From positions 1 to 64,000 of IMG/VR virus record IMGVR_UViG_3300025530_000275: a DNA stretch of 64,000 bases. One strand, 5' to 3'. This document shows positions 20,310 to 29,653 of this stretch, one piece after another; the stretch's first letter is position 1; each line of letters starts with the position of its first letter. The translations under genes were made by a program, and so were the position numbers. The notes below the pieces were generated by a model, which worked only from the letters and a program-made list of their open reading frames with translations, was not told the origin of the DNA and made no database searches. This DNA comes from a virus.

Positions 20310-21431
20310 TTAAATTGCCTCTTCTCCAAGAGGCTCATCTGGATGCAATTCAAATTCGTCAACAATATCAAAGTCAAAGTGTTTATCTTCAAGAGGCTGA
20401 ATATTCATAGCAAGAGAATAACCATTTCCAATTCCGCTTCCAGAGGAGAAGAAGTCTTGGTTTACTGTATTCTGACTCAATCCATTCAACACGATTGCAT
20501 TTACAGATGAATCAGTAATATCAGGGAAGGGTTCATCCAAATCAAGATTTTGGAATGCAAGATTGGCATTGTATTTGAGGAATTTAATAACTTCGTCCTC
20601 AATGCCTATTTTTTGATATAAAGACTTCGTATATTCAACTTCATTTTCAAAAAGAGTGTTGAAAATTCTATTAAACTCATCCAATACGGATTGCTTTTCT
20701 TCATCAGGAATCATCTCAAAAATTTCTTGAGCAACGGTTCCAGTATAAAGACCATGAATCGCTTCATCCCTACAAATCAATCCAATACCTTCAGCACTTG
20801 CTCTCATTCTACCCTGACCGCCAAGGTATAAGGGATAGAAGAAGCCAGAATAGAAGAGAAAACTTTCGAGTAGAACTGAGCAAGCCATGCAGAGATATAC
20901 AGAAACAGGATCAAATTCAAACGTTTCAGTATATTTTTTCAGAGCATTTCTATAATATGCTTCAATAATAGAAACTTTCTTTTGGAGATAATCATTTTCT
21001 TCAACCCATTTAAACAACTCCCTGATCTCTTCTCTAGAGAGAAGAGTTGTAAACACAGAGCTGTACATTTTAGCATGGATACTTTCCATAAACGCAAAGT
21101 TGTTGAAAGCCATTCTTCTTTGCTCGTCTCCACAGATAAGAGAAATCGCTGTCGCACCGATAGAGGATTGTTTTGTATCTAGTAGGGTTAATCCTGCGAA
21201 AACTTTTTTAAAGGTATCTCTTTCATTATCACTTAATACCCTCCAATCACCAAGGTCATCAGAGAAAATAAGTCTTTGGTCATGCCAAAAAGCTGAAATC
21301 GCTGTGTCGATAAAATCTTTTGTATAACCATCAGTCGGCTCAGTCCAGTTTACGGCATAGAAAGGCTGAGAATCTTTATATGTTAGAATCCCATCATTAT
21401 ATTCCAGTCGAATATTTTTAATGTTTGTCAT
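20310..21431 (-). CDS. nrdF: Class Ib ribonucleotide reductase beta subunit
   Basis: GLTLLDT, MESIHAKMY, LESFLFYSGF, RDEAIHG; all metal ligands present. Confidence 0.95.
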   Translation of the reverse strand: MTNIKNIRLEYNDGILTYKDSQPFYAVNWTEPTDGYTKDFIDTAISAFWHDQRLIFSDDLGDWRVLSDNERDTFKKVFAGLTLLDTKQSSIGATAISLICGDEQRRMAFNNFAFMESIHAKMYSSVFTTLLSREEIRELFKWVEENDYLQKKVSIIEAYYRNALKKYTETFEFDPVSVYLCMACSVLLESFLFYSGFFYPLYLGGQGRMRASAEGIGLICRDEAIHGLYTGTVAQEIFEMIPDEEKQSVLDEFNRIFNTLFENEVEYTKSLYQKIGIEDEVIKFLKYNANLAFQNLDLDEPFPDITDSSVNAIVLNGLSQNTVNQDFFSSGSGIGNGYSLAMNIQPLEDKHFDFDIVDEFELHPDEPLGEEAI

Positions 21432-21447
21432 TTTCTATCTCCTCTCT

Positions 21448-23766
21448 TTATACTGAACAAGCGATACATTCTGTTACATCATAATCTCCGACAGGAGGTT
21501 TAGAGAGTTTCTTCCTGTTTGTAGTCTTTTCATTATAATTTTTACGATTAGTCCTTGTATAATACAAAGATTTCAAGCCTTTTGCATTTGCATAAATATA
21601 ATAGCTTGCAAGATCAGCAGTCGAAATATCAGAGTTTACATACAGCGTGCAGCTTATTCCCTGATCCACATGTTCTTGAATAACCGAGATCATGTCGATC
21701 ACTTTCTTCATATCCATATTATATGCAGATTTGTAGTACCACATGTTTTCTTTGGAGAAGTGTGGGGCAGGGTAATAGATTTTACCTTTCTTGTAAGAAC
21801 GAATTTCAACCACATCAACGATAGGCATAACAGAGCTTGTAGCATTTTGTACATAACTGATTCCTTGAGTCGGGGCAATTGCAAGTCTATAAGCATGATA
21901 TAGCCCATATTTCATAACATCTTCTTTCAATCTTGCCCAATCTTCTTTTGTGGGTATATAGATATCTTTGAACAATCTTTTAACTTTTGCAGTCTTTGGA
22001 TGGTAATTATTAATCAAATATTTTTCAAAGTAAACCCCTGTATGGTAGTCGGAACCATAAAAGCCTTTAAATACTTTTCCTCGTTCTTTTGCAATTTCAC
22101 AGGATCTTTCAATTGAATAGAAATTAAGCATCATGAAGAATGTACGAGCGAAGTCGCGTGCTTCAAAAGATTCGTACATGATTCTATTTTTTGCAAGGAA
22201 TCCGTTCAGATCCATTGCACCGACACCAACAGAATGCATTTCTTTATTTGCTTTAAGAACACCAGGAACTGTTTTGATTTCAGTGAAATCGGAAACTGCC
22301 GTAACCACATCCATTGCTGTGTGTACAGTTTCTTTTATATCCTTCAATTCCATGGTGTTCGTGATATTAATGGACGCAAGATTACAAGAGATATCTCTCT
22401 TGATTTGATCCTTTTCAAAATAGGAAGTGATATGAGAAACCTCTTGTATTTGCATAATCTCAGTGCAAAGATTGGTCATTATAATACGACCTTCATTTTT
22501 TAGAGCATGTTGCTTATTTGCATTTGTAATATTGAAAATATACGGATACCCAGCTTCCAATTGAATTTGGGCAACCTTATTCAAGAAATCTCTGGCATTC
22601 ATTATCTTTACTTTTCTGATCCGTTCGTCTTCCATGAAAATATCATAGAAGATATCAAAATCCACTTCAGTAAATGTCAGACCATAATATTTCTTAATGT
22701 CGTGAGGGCTAAATCCATAGAAATCCTTATTTTCTTTTGCCAAGTCGTAGAATTTTTGCGGAACCGTCAACCCTAACGACAGTGTTTTCAATCTTATTGA
22801 GTCATCTGCGTTTTCTTTTTTGGAATCCAGAACTATGTTCACGTCTGGATGGAATACGTTGATATAACCAGCCCCGCTTCCTGCTCTTTGACCGAGCTGA
22901 TCATAAAATGTGAAAATCTTTTCTGCAATGAGTAGAACATGAAGAGGTCCTTTTGCGGCTTTTTCAATACCTTTAATCGGATCTCCAAATGCTCTCAGAT
23001 TGCTGACTTCAAATGCAACTCCTCCGCCAATTCTGCTGAGGTTTGCCATATTTGTAAGATTATATTGAATAGAATCGGTGCTGTCATCCATTGCAAGAAG
23101 GAAACAGCTAACCAATTCTCCACGACGTGCTCTTCCTGCGTTTAAATAAGTGGGTGTTGCAGGCTGAACTCTTTGTTCCATGAATGAGCGAAGGTATCTT
23201 TTTGCAGTTTCAAAATCCCCATCTGCAAGATACATTGCGGCAATGCAGTTATGTTCTTCAAAATTCTCCAGATAAGTATTATTATCATCAGTCTTCAATG
23301 CGTAATCTTCATAGAATTTAAATGCTTGCATGAAGGTTTTGAATTTAAAATTGTAAGATTTAGCTATTTCATGCAATTCAATAATTTGATCTTCAGTATA
23401 TTTATCAATAACTTTTCTATCATAGAATGGAAGAGTTTTATCCTCATCATCAGTTTTCATTTTTTTCATAGTTTCTTCAAATACTTTGACATAATTTGGT
23501 TCGCTTATTTTCAATTTCATTTTATCAAGTCTTTCATAAACTTTATTTATATCAAATTTGATTTTTCTAGGTTGAGGAGTTGTGAGATAATTAATGCGAT
23601 CCATTACAGAATCAAATTTTAAGCTATTTTGATTGATGTATTCAAGATATTTTTCAAGTGAAAGCTTATCGTATTCTAATTGGAGAAATCCATCTTCTCC
23701 CCGGATCATGATCTTATTATTAAGCTCGTAGAAGTTCATGTTCTCTGCCGCTGTCAACAATTTCAT
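21448..23766 (-). CDS. nrdE: Class Ib ribonucleotide reductase alpha subunit
   Basis: QPATPTYLNAG, SCFLL, TNLCTEI, KSLYY and C-terminal CIAC. Confidence 0.95.
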   Translation of the reverse strand: MKLLTAAENMNFYELNNKIMIRGEDGFLQLEYDKLSLEKYLEYINQNSLKFDSVMDRINYLTTPQPRKIKFDINKVYERLDKMKLKISEPNYVKVFEETMKKMKTDDEDKTLPFYDRKVIDKYTEDQIIELHEIAKSYNFKFKTFMQAFKFYEDYALKTDDNNTYLENFEEHNCIAAMYLADGDFETAKRYLRSFMEQRVQPATPTYLNAGRARRGELVSCFLLAMDDSTDSIQYNLTNMANLSRIGGGVAFEVSNLRAFGDPIKGIEKAAKGPLHVLLIAEKIFTFYDQLGQRAGSGAGYINVFHPDVNIVLDSKKENADDSIRLKTLSLGLTVPQKFYDLAKENKDFYGFSPHDIKKYYGLTFTEVDFDIFYDIFMEDERIRKVKIMNARDFLNKVAQIQLEAGYPYIFNITNANKQHALKNEGRIIMTNLCTEIMQIQEVSHITSYFEKDQIKRDISCNLASINITNTMELKDIKETVHTAMDVVTAVSDFTEIKTVPGVLKANKEMHSVGVGAMDLNGFLAKNRIMYESFEARDFARTFFMMLNFYSIERSCEIAKERGKVFKGFYGSDYHTGVYFEKYLINNYHPKTAKVKRLFKDIYIPTKEDWARLKEDVMKYGLYHAYRLAIAPTQGISYVQNATSSVMPIVDVVEIRSYKKGKIYYPAPHFSKENMWYYKSAYNMDMKKVIDMISVIQEHVDQGISCTLYVNSDISTADLASYYIYANAKGLKSLYYTRTNRKNYNEKTTNRKKLSKPPVGDYDVTECIACSV

Positions 23767-24115
23767 TCATCCTTTCCATGAATTTTTGTACTGTTTCAAT
23801 ATTACCAGCCAGCTCAAATTTGGAAATTATTGGTACATTAAATTGCTCTGATATAATATCAGCTGCAATTGCGAAGGTATTTTTCCACCTTCTATTACCA
23901 CTTGATGCAACGCCTATTAAAAGATCCCCATTATTTTCAAGAAATTTTTGAGTAGTCTCTGGAACTTCTCCAACCTTGTCGGTAAAAGTTACAAGAACGA
24001 ATTTTTCATTAACTTTATCTACTTCTCTTAAATAAACAGATTTCAATCCTAATTTTTTAACAAACCTCCTAACATTGCCGGTTCTTGAATCAAATACTAT
24101 TAAAGGATATCTCAT
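23720..24115 (-). CDS. nrdI: NrdI flavodoxin
   Basis: FDSRTGNVRRFV, GVASSGNRRW, KFELAG; directly upstream of nrdE. Confidence 0.95.
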   Translation of the reverse strand: MRYPLIVFDSRTGNVRRFVKKLGLKSVYLREVDKVNEKFVLVTFTDKVGEVPETTQKFLENNGDLLIGVASSGNRRWKNTFAIAADIISEQFNVPIISKFELAGNIETVQKFMERMNEIVDSGREHELLRA

Positions 24116-24268
24116 AATACATCACTTCCTCTAAAAAAAATATAAAAAAAAATAAGTTAACCCTCTCTTGAGAAGGGTTAGCATGATGGCTTATTAAAGT
24201 GTTCATATGATGCTTATTTTTTAACTAGAACTAAATTCTAAGCGCATTTTTTAAAGTTTGGTAAAATT

Positions 24269-24685
24269 TTATTTGAAACTTGGATATTCGAGTTGCTCAG
24301 ACCTATAATTTCCGAATAATGCAATGAATGAGCATAATAAAACCAGTGGGAAGGTCATAAATAATATTATTGATAGATAACCAATAGTTATAATGATGTA
24401 ATCAATTACTTTATATTCTTTAACTTTAATATGCCCGAAAGATATTGTAAAAATAATAAGAACCAATAGTTCTATCAGAAATATACAAAATAATACCATA
24501 AGCTTCAGAGTAGCAAGCATTATAGTAGCAGGTTTATTATATTCAACTGATTTATCATATCTCTTATAAAGGAAGTTAAAATACTTTATTCTATAATAAG
24601 CAGCTAAGAGGTAGTAAAATAGATTAACCCCCATATATAGAAATAAAAAATGCTGAACGAGGAAATTTTTAATCGTATCTATCAA
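24269..24685 (-). CDS. Hypothetical membrane protein (about 3 TM)
   Basis: Three hydrophobic stretches; GGGAGGG RBS. Confidence 0.7.
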   Translation of the reverse strand: MIDTIKNFLVQHFLFLYMGVNLFYYLLAAYYRIKYFNFLYKRYDKSVEYNKPATIMLATLKLMVLFCIFLIELLVLIIFTISFGHIKVKEYKVIDYIIITIGYLSIILFMTFPLVLLCSFIALFGNYRSEQLEYPSFK

Positions 24686-24739
24686 AAATTATACCCTCCC
24701 ATTTATCGTGCCCATGGTGACATATCTACTCAAAAAATG

Positions 24740-25810
24740 CTACCATTTAAAAGTAGATTTAGTCGAAGCGTATTTAAATAATTCTTCAATCATTAAAGAG
24801 TTCTCTCCAGTAAAAACCATCTGATTCAATTTCAGTAAATCTCTCTTATTATATTTATCTTTAATGCAATCTTGTAATGATTGTTTTTGAGCAGAAGTTA
24901 AATTATTTAACTGGAAGGTCAAATCTAGAGCCCTGAATGCATTAATCAAATATTTTGATTGATTGCCGGTATAAATTTCATCAATAATATTTTTTATATG
25001 TGTATATTTCGATCTAATAATACCTCTCTCTATAGCTAAGTCCAATATTTTAACTATTTTTGTATATCCATATCCGGATAAACCTTTTATATCTCTAGTC
25101 TTGATACCAGCAAATGAGTAAATGATTGAAAGCAATTCATGATTAACAAATTTCTTTTTATAGACTGAATTTTTCAATAGAATATCTATAACATTTTCTT
25201 TAGTAATCACATAACTATCATCCCGCTTCAGTCTAAGAACTTCAGTGTTGGACAGCGAAACGGTTTGATACCATAAAAGATCCTTAGACAAAACAAGATT
25301 GAGTTTATCCAACTCTTTCATTATCATATATGAACAGGCGATCATCGGCTCTATATTTCCACAATCTATAAAGTAAATCCCAGGTAGGTAAGTGGCAATA
25401 ATTTTAATAAGCCTCAAAGAGAAATAGACTTCTTTATTCACAGGTTTGAAGTCTTCATTATCTTTTGAATATTTATCAAAGAATTTATAACCATATTCTG
25501 CAAGATAGTTAGAATTGTTTCTTGGTTTTTCAGAGCCAAAATACATATATATTTTGGTAGGGATTTTATTCTTTCCAAAATAAAGTCTATAGTGTGAACA
25601 TAAATTTATAATACATGAAGTTATTACAGTATTGGTTTTTTCATTTAACCAGTTTGTTTCTTCATAATTTCTAGGATCGTAAAGAGATTCCAAAACACTG
25701 TGTAAATCTATATGAATAGATATTGATTTAAAATCTTTCAACCTATCAGAGAATAAATCATCCAAAACAGTAAATTTAATTCTGTTGGTATTTATTATTT
25801 TTTCTATCAT
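24740..25810 (-). CDS. 5'-3' exonuclease/RNase H (FEN/PIN-like) family protein
   Basis: N-terminal IHIDL strand, VLSKD motif and H3TH-like DIKGLSGYGYTKIVK. Confidence 0.5.
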   Translation of the reverse strand: MIEKIINTNRIKFTVLDDLFSDRLKDFKSISIHIDLHSVLESLYDPRNYEETNWLNEKTNTVITSCIINLCSHYRLYFGKNKIPTKIYMYFGSEKPRNNSNYLAEYGYKFFDKYSKDNEDFKPVNKEVYFSLRLIKIIATYLPGIYFIDCGNIEPMIACSYMIMKELDKLNLVLSKDLLWYQTVSLSNTEVLRLKRDDSYVITKENVIDILLKNSVYKKKFVNHELLSIIYSFAGIKTRDIKGLSGYGYTKIVKILDLAIERGIIRSKYTHIKNIIDEIYTGNQSKYLINAFRALDLTFQLNNLTSAQKQSLQDCIKDKYNKRDLLKLNQMVFTGENSLMIEELFKYASTKSTFKW

Positions 25811-25850
25811 TTTTCATCCCTTTCCTCTAATAATATGTAGATAAAAAAAT

Positions 25851-25889
25851 TAAAATCCAGCTATGAGTTTCCCCCATAGCTGGATTTTA
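25851..25889 (-). terminator. Intrinsic terminator
   Basis: TAAAATCCAGCTATG/CATAGCTGGATTTTA. Confidence 0.75.
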
Positions 25890-25902
25890 TTTATTCTTTC
25901 AT

Positions 25903-26352
25903 CTATTGAGATAGCGAAGGGAGTATGACCTCCTGCACAATTTTTCCAGCCGCATTATTTGATATAATATCGGCTATATCCATGTGTGAGAGATCATATA
26001 AATTTTTCCCCTCGATTGCAAATCTTTGCTCACAAAGAATAACAGAGTTTTTAAAGAAATTAAACAGTTCTTCAAATTCGAGCTGAATTGAATCATTAGT
26101 AATATCGACCAATGTTAAAAGTTTTATCTTTGCGGCAATCATTTCAAAGATGGCACCACAAATCGTGGTATCTATGATGCGTTCATATCCTTCTTTAATC
26201 AAAATTTCTTTATTTTTCTTAAAGTCGCTAACAGATAAAGGTTTTTCACCTACTGTTGTCTCAGGAAGCACTTCGCTTTCCACGTATTCAATAAATCGTT
26301 TAAAAATTTTTTCCAGTTTCAAATCTTCTTCTTTAAATACAATCTGTTCCAT
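25903..26352 (-). CDS. Hypothetical protein
   Basis: 149 aa; AAAGGAG RBS. Confidence 0.75.
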   Translation of the reverse strand: MEQIVFKEEDLKLEKIFKRFIEYVESEVLPETTVGEKPLSVSDFKKNKEILIKEGYERIIDTTICGAIFEMIAAKIKLLTLVDITNDSIQLEFEELFNFFKNSVILCEQRFAIEGKNLYDLSHMDIADIISNNAAGKIVQEVILPSLSQ

Positions 26353-26375
26353 TAGTAGCAGCTCCTTTAATTTTT

Positions 26376-26867
26376 TTATCTCTTATAATTGAAGGTCGGC
26401 CCTTTCTTATGAAAAAGGCCTGATTTCTTCGGAACTACCCTCCAATTACCATATACCACAGTTTCAGCTTGTTCATCCTCAGTCACACCTTCGGCAGATT
26501 CTGAATCGTTCTCCTCTACCTCATCATCTCCACCCTGCATCACTTGAACGAGTTGTTCAACGTCAACTTCCGCCTCTTCCTGTTCCTTCAGGATTTGATA
26601 TACTCGTTCTCGATCATACTTAATTTCGATAGGGTTCGAAAGGAGGATGTAAACGAGTTCCACGGCTTCCTCGGGAGTAAGGCTGATGCCTTTGGTGAGG
26701 ATATCATCCATTACATTATATCGACGAATATCAATTGTGTCTGGGCGATTGTTCCATGATGCAACCGCAACAACTTTCTGTTCGTTCTTGGAGTTTACTT
26801 CGCTGAGTTCCCCAAGAATATTTTTGATGTCCAAATCAAGATCTTTTGGCATTGTGATTACCTCCAT
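26376..26867 (-). CDS. PC4/YdbC-family ssDNA-binding protein with acidic extension
   Basis: LGELSE...VASWNNRPDTIDIRRY...KGISLTPEE; true start probably MPKD. Confidence 0.8.
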   Translation of the reverse strand: MEVITMPKDLDLDIKNILGELSEVNSKNEQKVVAVASWNNRPDTIDIRRYNVMDDILTKGISLTPEEAVELVYILLSNPIEIKYDRERVYQILKEQEEAEVDVEQLVQVMQGGDDEVEENDSESAEGVTEDEQAETVVYGNWRVVPKKSGLFHKKGPTFNYKR

Positions 26868-27007
26868 TTAATAGATTAAAGTGTATAATACATCTTAATA
26901 ATAAGATGTAAATACCAATTTCTTATGTGTTTTAAGATAATCAAAATTGATAGAAAGTTTTATCAAATCACCTTCCAGATAGAAATATTTCAATTTAAGT
27001 TCGTTAT

Positions 27008-27021
27008 AATAATATATATTT
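27008..27021 (-). promoter_or_regulatory. Putative early promoter
   Basis: AAATATATATTATT. Confidence 0.65.
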
Positions 27022-27188
27022 TGAATAGAAATGGATCAATTACTGTTTAGAGTATCTTGAATTTTAAAAAATGCCTTCGCGGAAACTATTGAACCATGAA
27101 TAGGGTTATGCTTATCAAGAATTTCACTTATACATTTAATATAATCTCCTTATATAATAATAGTTATAAAATACAAAAAAAAAAATAA

Positions 27189-27216
27189 GGAGTGATGCCG
27201 TTTAAGCATCACTCCC
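27189..27216 (-). terminator. Intrinsic terminator
   Basis: GGAGTGATGC/GCATCACTCC plus long T-run. Confidence 0.85.
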
Positions 27217-27226
27217 TTGAAGCGAT

Positions 27227-27889
27227 TTAGCAATCGTCGTCATCATCTTCGTCAACATCCACATATTCCGCAGACTTCCAATCAGTGACTTGCTCCGGGC
27301 TGAATCCTTGATTGTCTCCCTTTGCAGACCGCTGGATTTTTGCGAATATGATAGTTTTCTTCTTGTCCTTGAATTTGTGGGAATCGTATTTCTTCTTTCG
27401 AAGAACTTCTTCGGAAGCGTCGACGATGAAGTGCGGGTCGCTGAAATCGCTGTCCGTGATAATAGCCATCGTGACTTCAGCGTTGAATTCGATCTCAACG
27501 CCTTTCTTGTATTCCGTCACACTGACCATCAGAACTTTCCGGCCATCTTCATCAACATACGAGTAGCCGAGTTCTTCCAGAACCCTTTTTGCGTCATCCG
27601 TGAGCTCAGATCTGTCACGGATTTCAGCCGCACCGGCAAGGGTCAAGCCGCCATACGCCGTTGTACGGTTGTCACCACAGTCGAAAACATCCGAATCTTT
27701 GTCCAGAATCGCCAAGATGCGAAGACGCTTCTTATCTTGGCCAATCTGAATGTTTTGGATGTCGTCGGGGGCTCCGCCCATCATGATGACAACCTTGGCA
27801 ATAAAGTCTTGGATGACTTCCGGACCCACTTTGAATACTTCAAGATCCGGCTTAGCCACCCCTCTTACTTGATCGAGAAGTTCAGACAT
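27227..27889 (-). CDS. Hypothetical, probably highly expressed early protein with acidic tail
   Basis: GGGAGGA RBS; GC-richer biased codons; own promoter and terminator; ends VDVDEDDDDDC. Confidence 0.85.
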   Translation of the reverse strand: MSELLDQVRGVAKPDLEVFKVGPEVIQDFIAKVVIMMGGAPDDIQNIQIGQDKKRLRILAILDKDSDVFDCGDNRTTAYGGLTLAGAAEIRDRSELTDDAKRVLEELGYSYVDEDGRKVLMVSVTEYKKGVEIEFNAEVTMAIITDSDFSDPHFIVDASEEVLRKKKYDSHKFKDKKKTIIFAKIQRSAKGDNQGFSPEQVTDWKSAEYVDVDEDDDDDC

Positions 27890-27964
27890 TTTTATCCTCC
27901 CTTTATAAAATATTTATAGGAAGTCTAGTTCATAATAAATAACTATTCTTCCTATGGCTATTAT

Positions 27965-27978
27965 AATAATATATAATT
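27965..27978 (-). promoter_or_regulatory. Putative early promoter
   Basis: AATTATATATTATT. Confidence 0.7.
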
Positions 27979-27991
27979 GCTGTTTTTTCCG

Positions 27992-28606
27992 TCAATGATA
28001 ATATATCACATTATTATAAGTCGATATACAAAATTGTTCAAATGCTGCTTTGTATCTTTCAATCAGAATTTTAATTGTAAACTTATCCTTCCCATCAAAA
28101 AGTTTCTTTAAAGCGTATTTAAGGCTTCTATTCTGAATATTATATTTTGATTCTGATTTATAATTCCCTATAACTATAAAACTTAGATCTGGTTCTGGGT
28201 TATTAAGGTCATCAACTATAAATGTAGTAACCTCGTATTTCTTTATCGATTCAGTGAATAGATCTACAAATTTATAAATATAATTTTTGGTAATTTGGTT
28301 AATACTTGACTGCTTCATTATATCATTTCTATACGCATTTAAAATATTAATTGAAACATTAATATCTCTAAAGATGCTCCTACATACATTCTCTGCCTCT
28401 TCTCTACCAATTCCAATGAGCCTAACACAATTTTCGAATTCATCATTTAAAATATGAAACTCTAAACAGCACTCATCATTCCCGGCTATCACCAGCTTAA
28501 TACAGGTAATATCATTGAGCTGATAGATATACTCATTAAAAAGTCTGGTAGTTCCCTGATAGAGAAGAAAATCAGAGTTTAGCATTTGATTAGTAGTCAA
28601 CTTCAT
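27992..28606 (-). CDS. Hypothetical protein, putatively early
   Basis: 204 aa; AAAGGA RBS; early motif upstream. Confidence 0.7.
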   Translation of the reverse strand: MKLTTNQMLNSDFLLYQGTTRLFNEYIYQLNDITCIKLVIAGNDECCLEFHILNDEFENCVRLIGIGREEAENVCRSIFRDINVSINILNAYRNDIMKQSSINQITKNYIYKFVDLFTESIKKYEVTTFIVDDLNNPEPDLSFIVIGNYKSESKYNIQNRSLKYALKKLFDGKDKFTIKILIERYKAAFEQFCISTYNNVIYYH

Positions 28607-28655
28607 AGAATCATTCCTTTCATAAATATAAAGAGTATAAGTAAGTATACATATT

Positions 28656-28669
28656 AATAATATATAATT
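28656..28669 (-). promoter_or_regulatory. Putative early promoter
   Basis: AATTATATATTATT just downstream of a terminator. Confidence 0.7.
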
Positions 28670-28685
28670 TTGAAAATCTAATACT

Positions 28686-28712
28686 CCGGTATAGGATTTC
28701 TCCTATACCGGA
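28686..28712 (-). terminator. Terminator-like hairpin
   Basis: TCCGGTATAGGA/TCCTATACCGGA. Confidence 0.7.
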
Positions 28713-28720
28713 CTTTTATA

Positions 28721-29653
28721 TTAAAAATTATCTCTTATAAATTCTTTATAGAGATTTACATGATGATATTCAGTCACGGAAAATTTATAGAAGTTTGTAG
28801 ACTCATAAAAAGAATCAAGATCAAAATCATCTTCTTGTGCTTTGATTTTGTCAATATAATCTTTTAAAGACTTCTTTATACTCTTCCTAAGAACTGAATA
28901 TTTTGAATATAATTCGCTATCCGGCTGGAAATCAGTATATATAAAATCATTTTCAATTAAAATTTGCATAAATTTAAGTTTAGCAACTTCTGTCTTTAAT
29001 GCGTTAATATCCACAGAAGATTCATTCATGTTTCTAATAGAAGAAAAAGATCTGTTATATATAGATATCAAATCGTTATTTAATCCTGATTTGATCAATT
29101 TATATGAATCTGCATCGTTAGCATTGAATGATTCAACAATAGTTGATTCTACCAGGGATGTATTCCTTATATTTCCCTCAATGTCTGAGAGTTTTCTTTT
29201 ATAATAGTCTTGAATTTTCGGATTTCTTGGATCGAGTTTGGGATTCCAGAGATGATCATTAAGTAATTGAGTATATAAAATCCTTTCATATAAGGATTCA
29301 GAAATTCTATATAGTTCATAAAACTGGAGTACATTTCTGGACCATTGTTCAATCATCTGGTCATCTGTTTCTATGACTTCAGGTCTATTGGATGGATCTT
29401 TATCATAAAGAAACCATCTGGCCCATTTGATAAATCTTCTTATGAAGAATGAATGTTTTACATATTCACTACACAGATCATATAGTTTATCCTCAGAGAA
29501 TAACTGTGAGAGTTTAGTAGTTTTAAGGTAATCACAGAATTCATTTTTATTTTGAAGAGAGCCTCTGAATCCAAATGCCACTGTAGGCTCATGTTTATCT
29601 AGGTTTGTAATCGATGGAATGAATTCCATTTTACTCCCATCTCCATAATTCAT
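28721..29653 (-). CDS. Hypothetical, probably processed virion protein (start may be 29629)
   Basis: LVES, IVES and MNES sites; shares a MIExW motif with its neighbour. Confidence 0.7.
   Translation of the reverse strand: MNYGDGSKMEFIPSITNLDKHEPTVAFGFRGSLQNKNEFCDYLKTTKLSQLFSEDKLYDLCSEYVKHSFFIRRFIKWARWFLYDKDPSNRPEVIETDDQMIEQWSRNVLQFYELYRISESLYERILYTQLLNDHLWNPKLDPRNPKIQDYYKRKLSDIEGNIRNTSLVESTIVESFNANDADSYKLIKSGLNNDLISIYNRSFSSIRNMNESSVDINALKTEVAKLKFMQILIENDFIYTDFQPDSELYSKYSVLRKSIKKSLKDYIDKIKAQEDDFDLDSFYESTNFYKFSVTEYHHVNLYKEFIRDNF

Noticed and set aside
20310-21431. Metal-free class Ie R2
   Set aside because: All carboxylate and His ligands are intact, so it is class Ib.
26889-26910. TACATCTTA-N4-TAAGATGTA palindrome as an operator
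   Set aside because: Single AT-rich instance with no second copy noticed; cannot be supported.
27290-27919. 209-aa antisense ORF (likewise 45002-45700, 232 aa)
   Set aside because: Expected by-product of strong codon bias on the opposite strand; no RBS or promoter.
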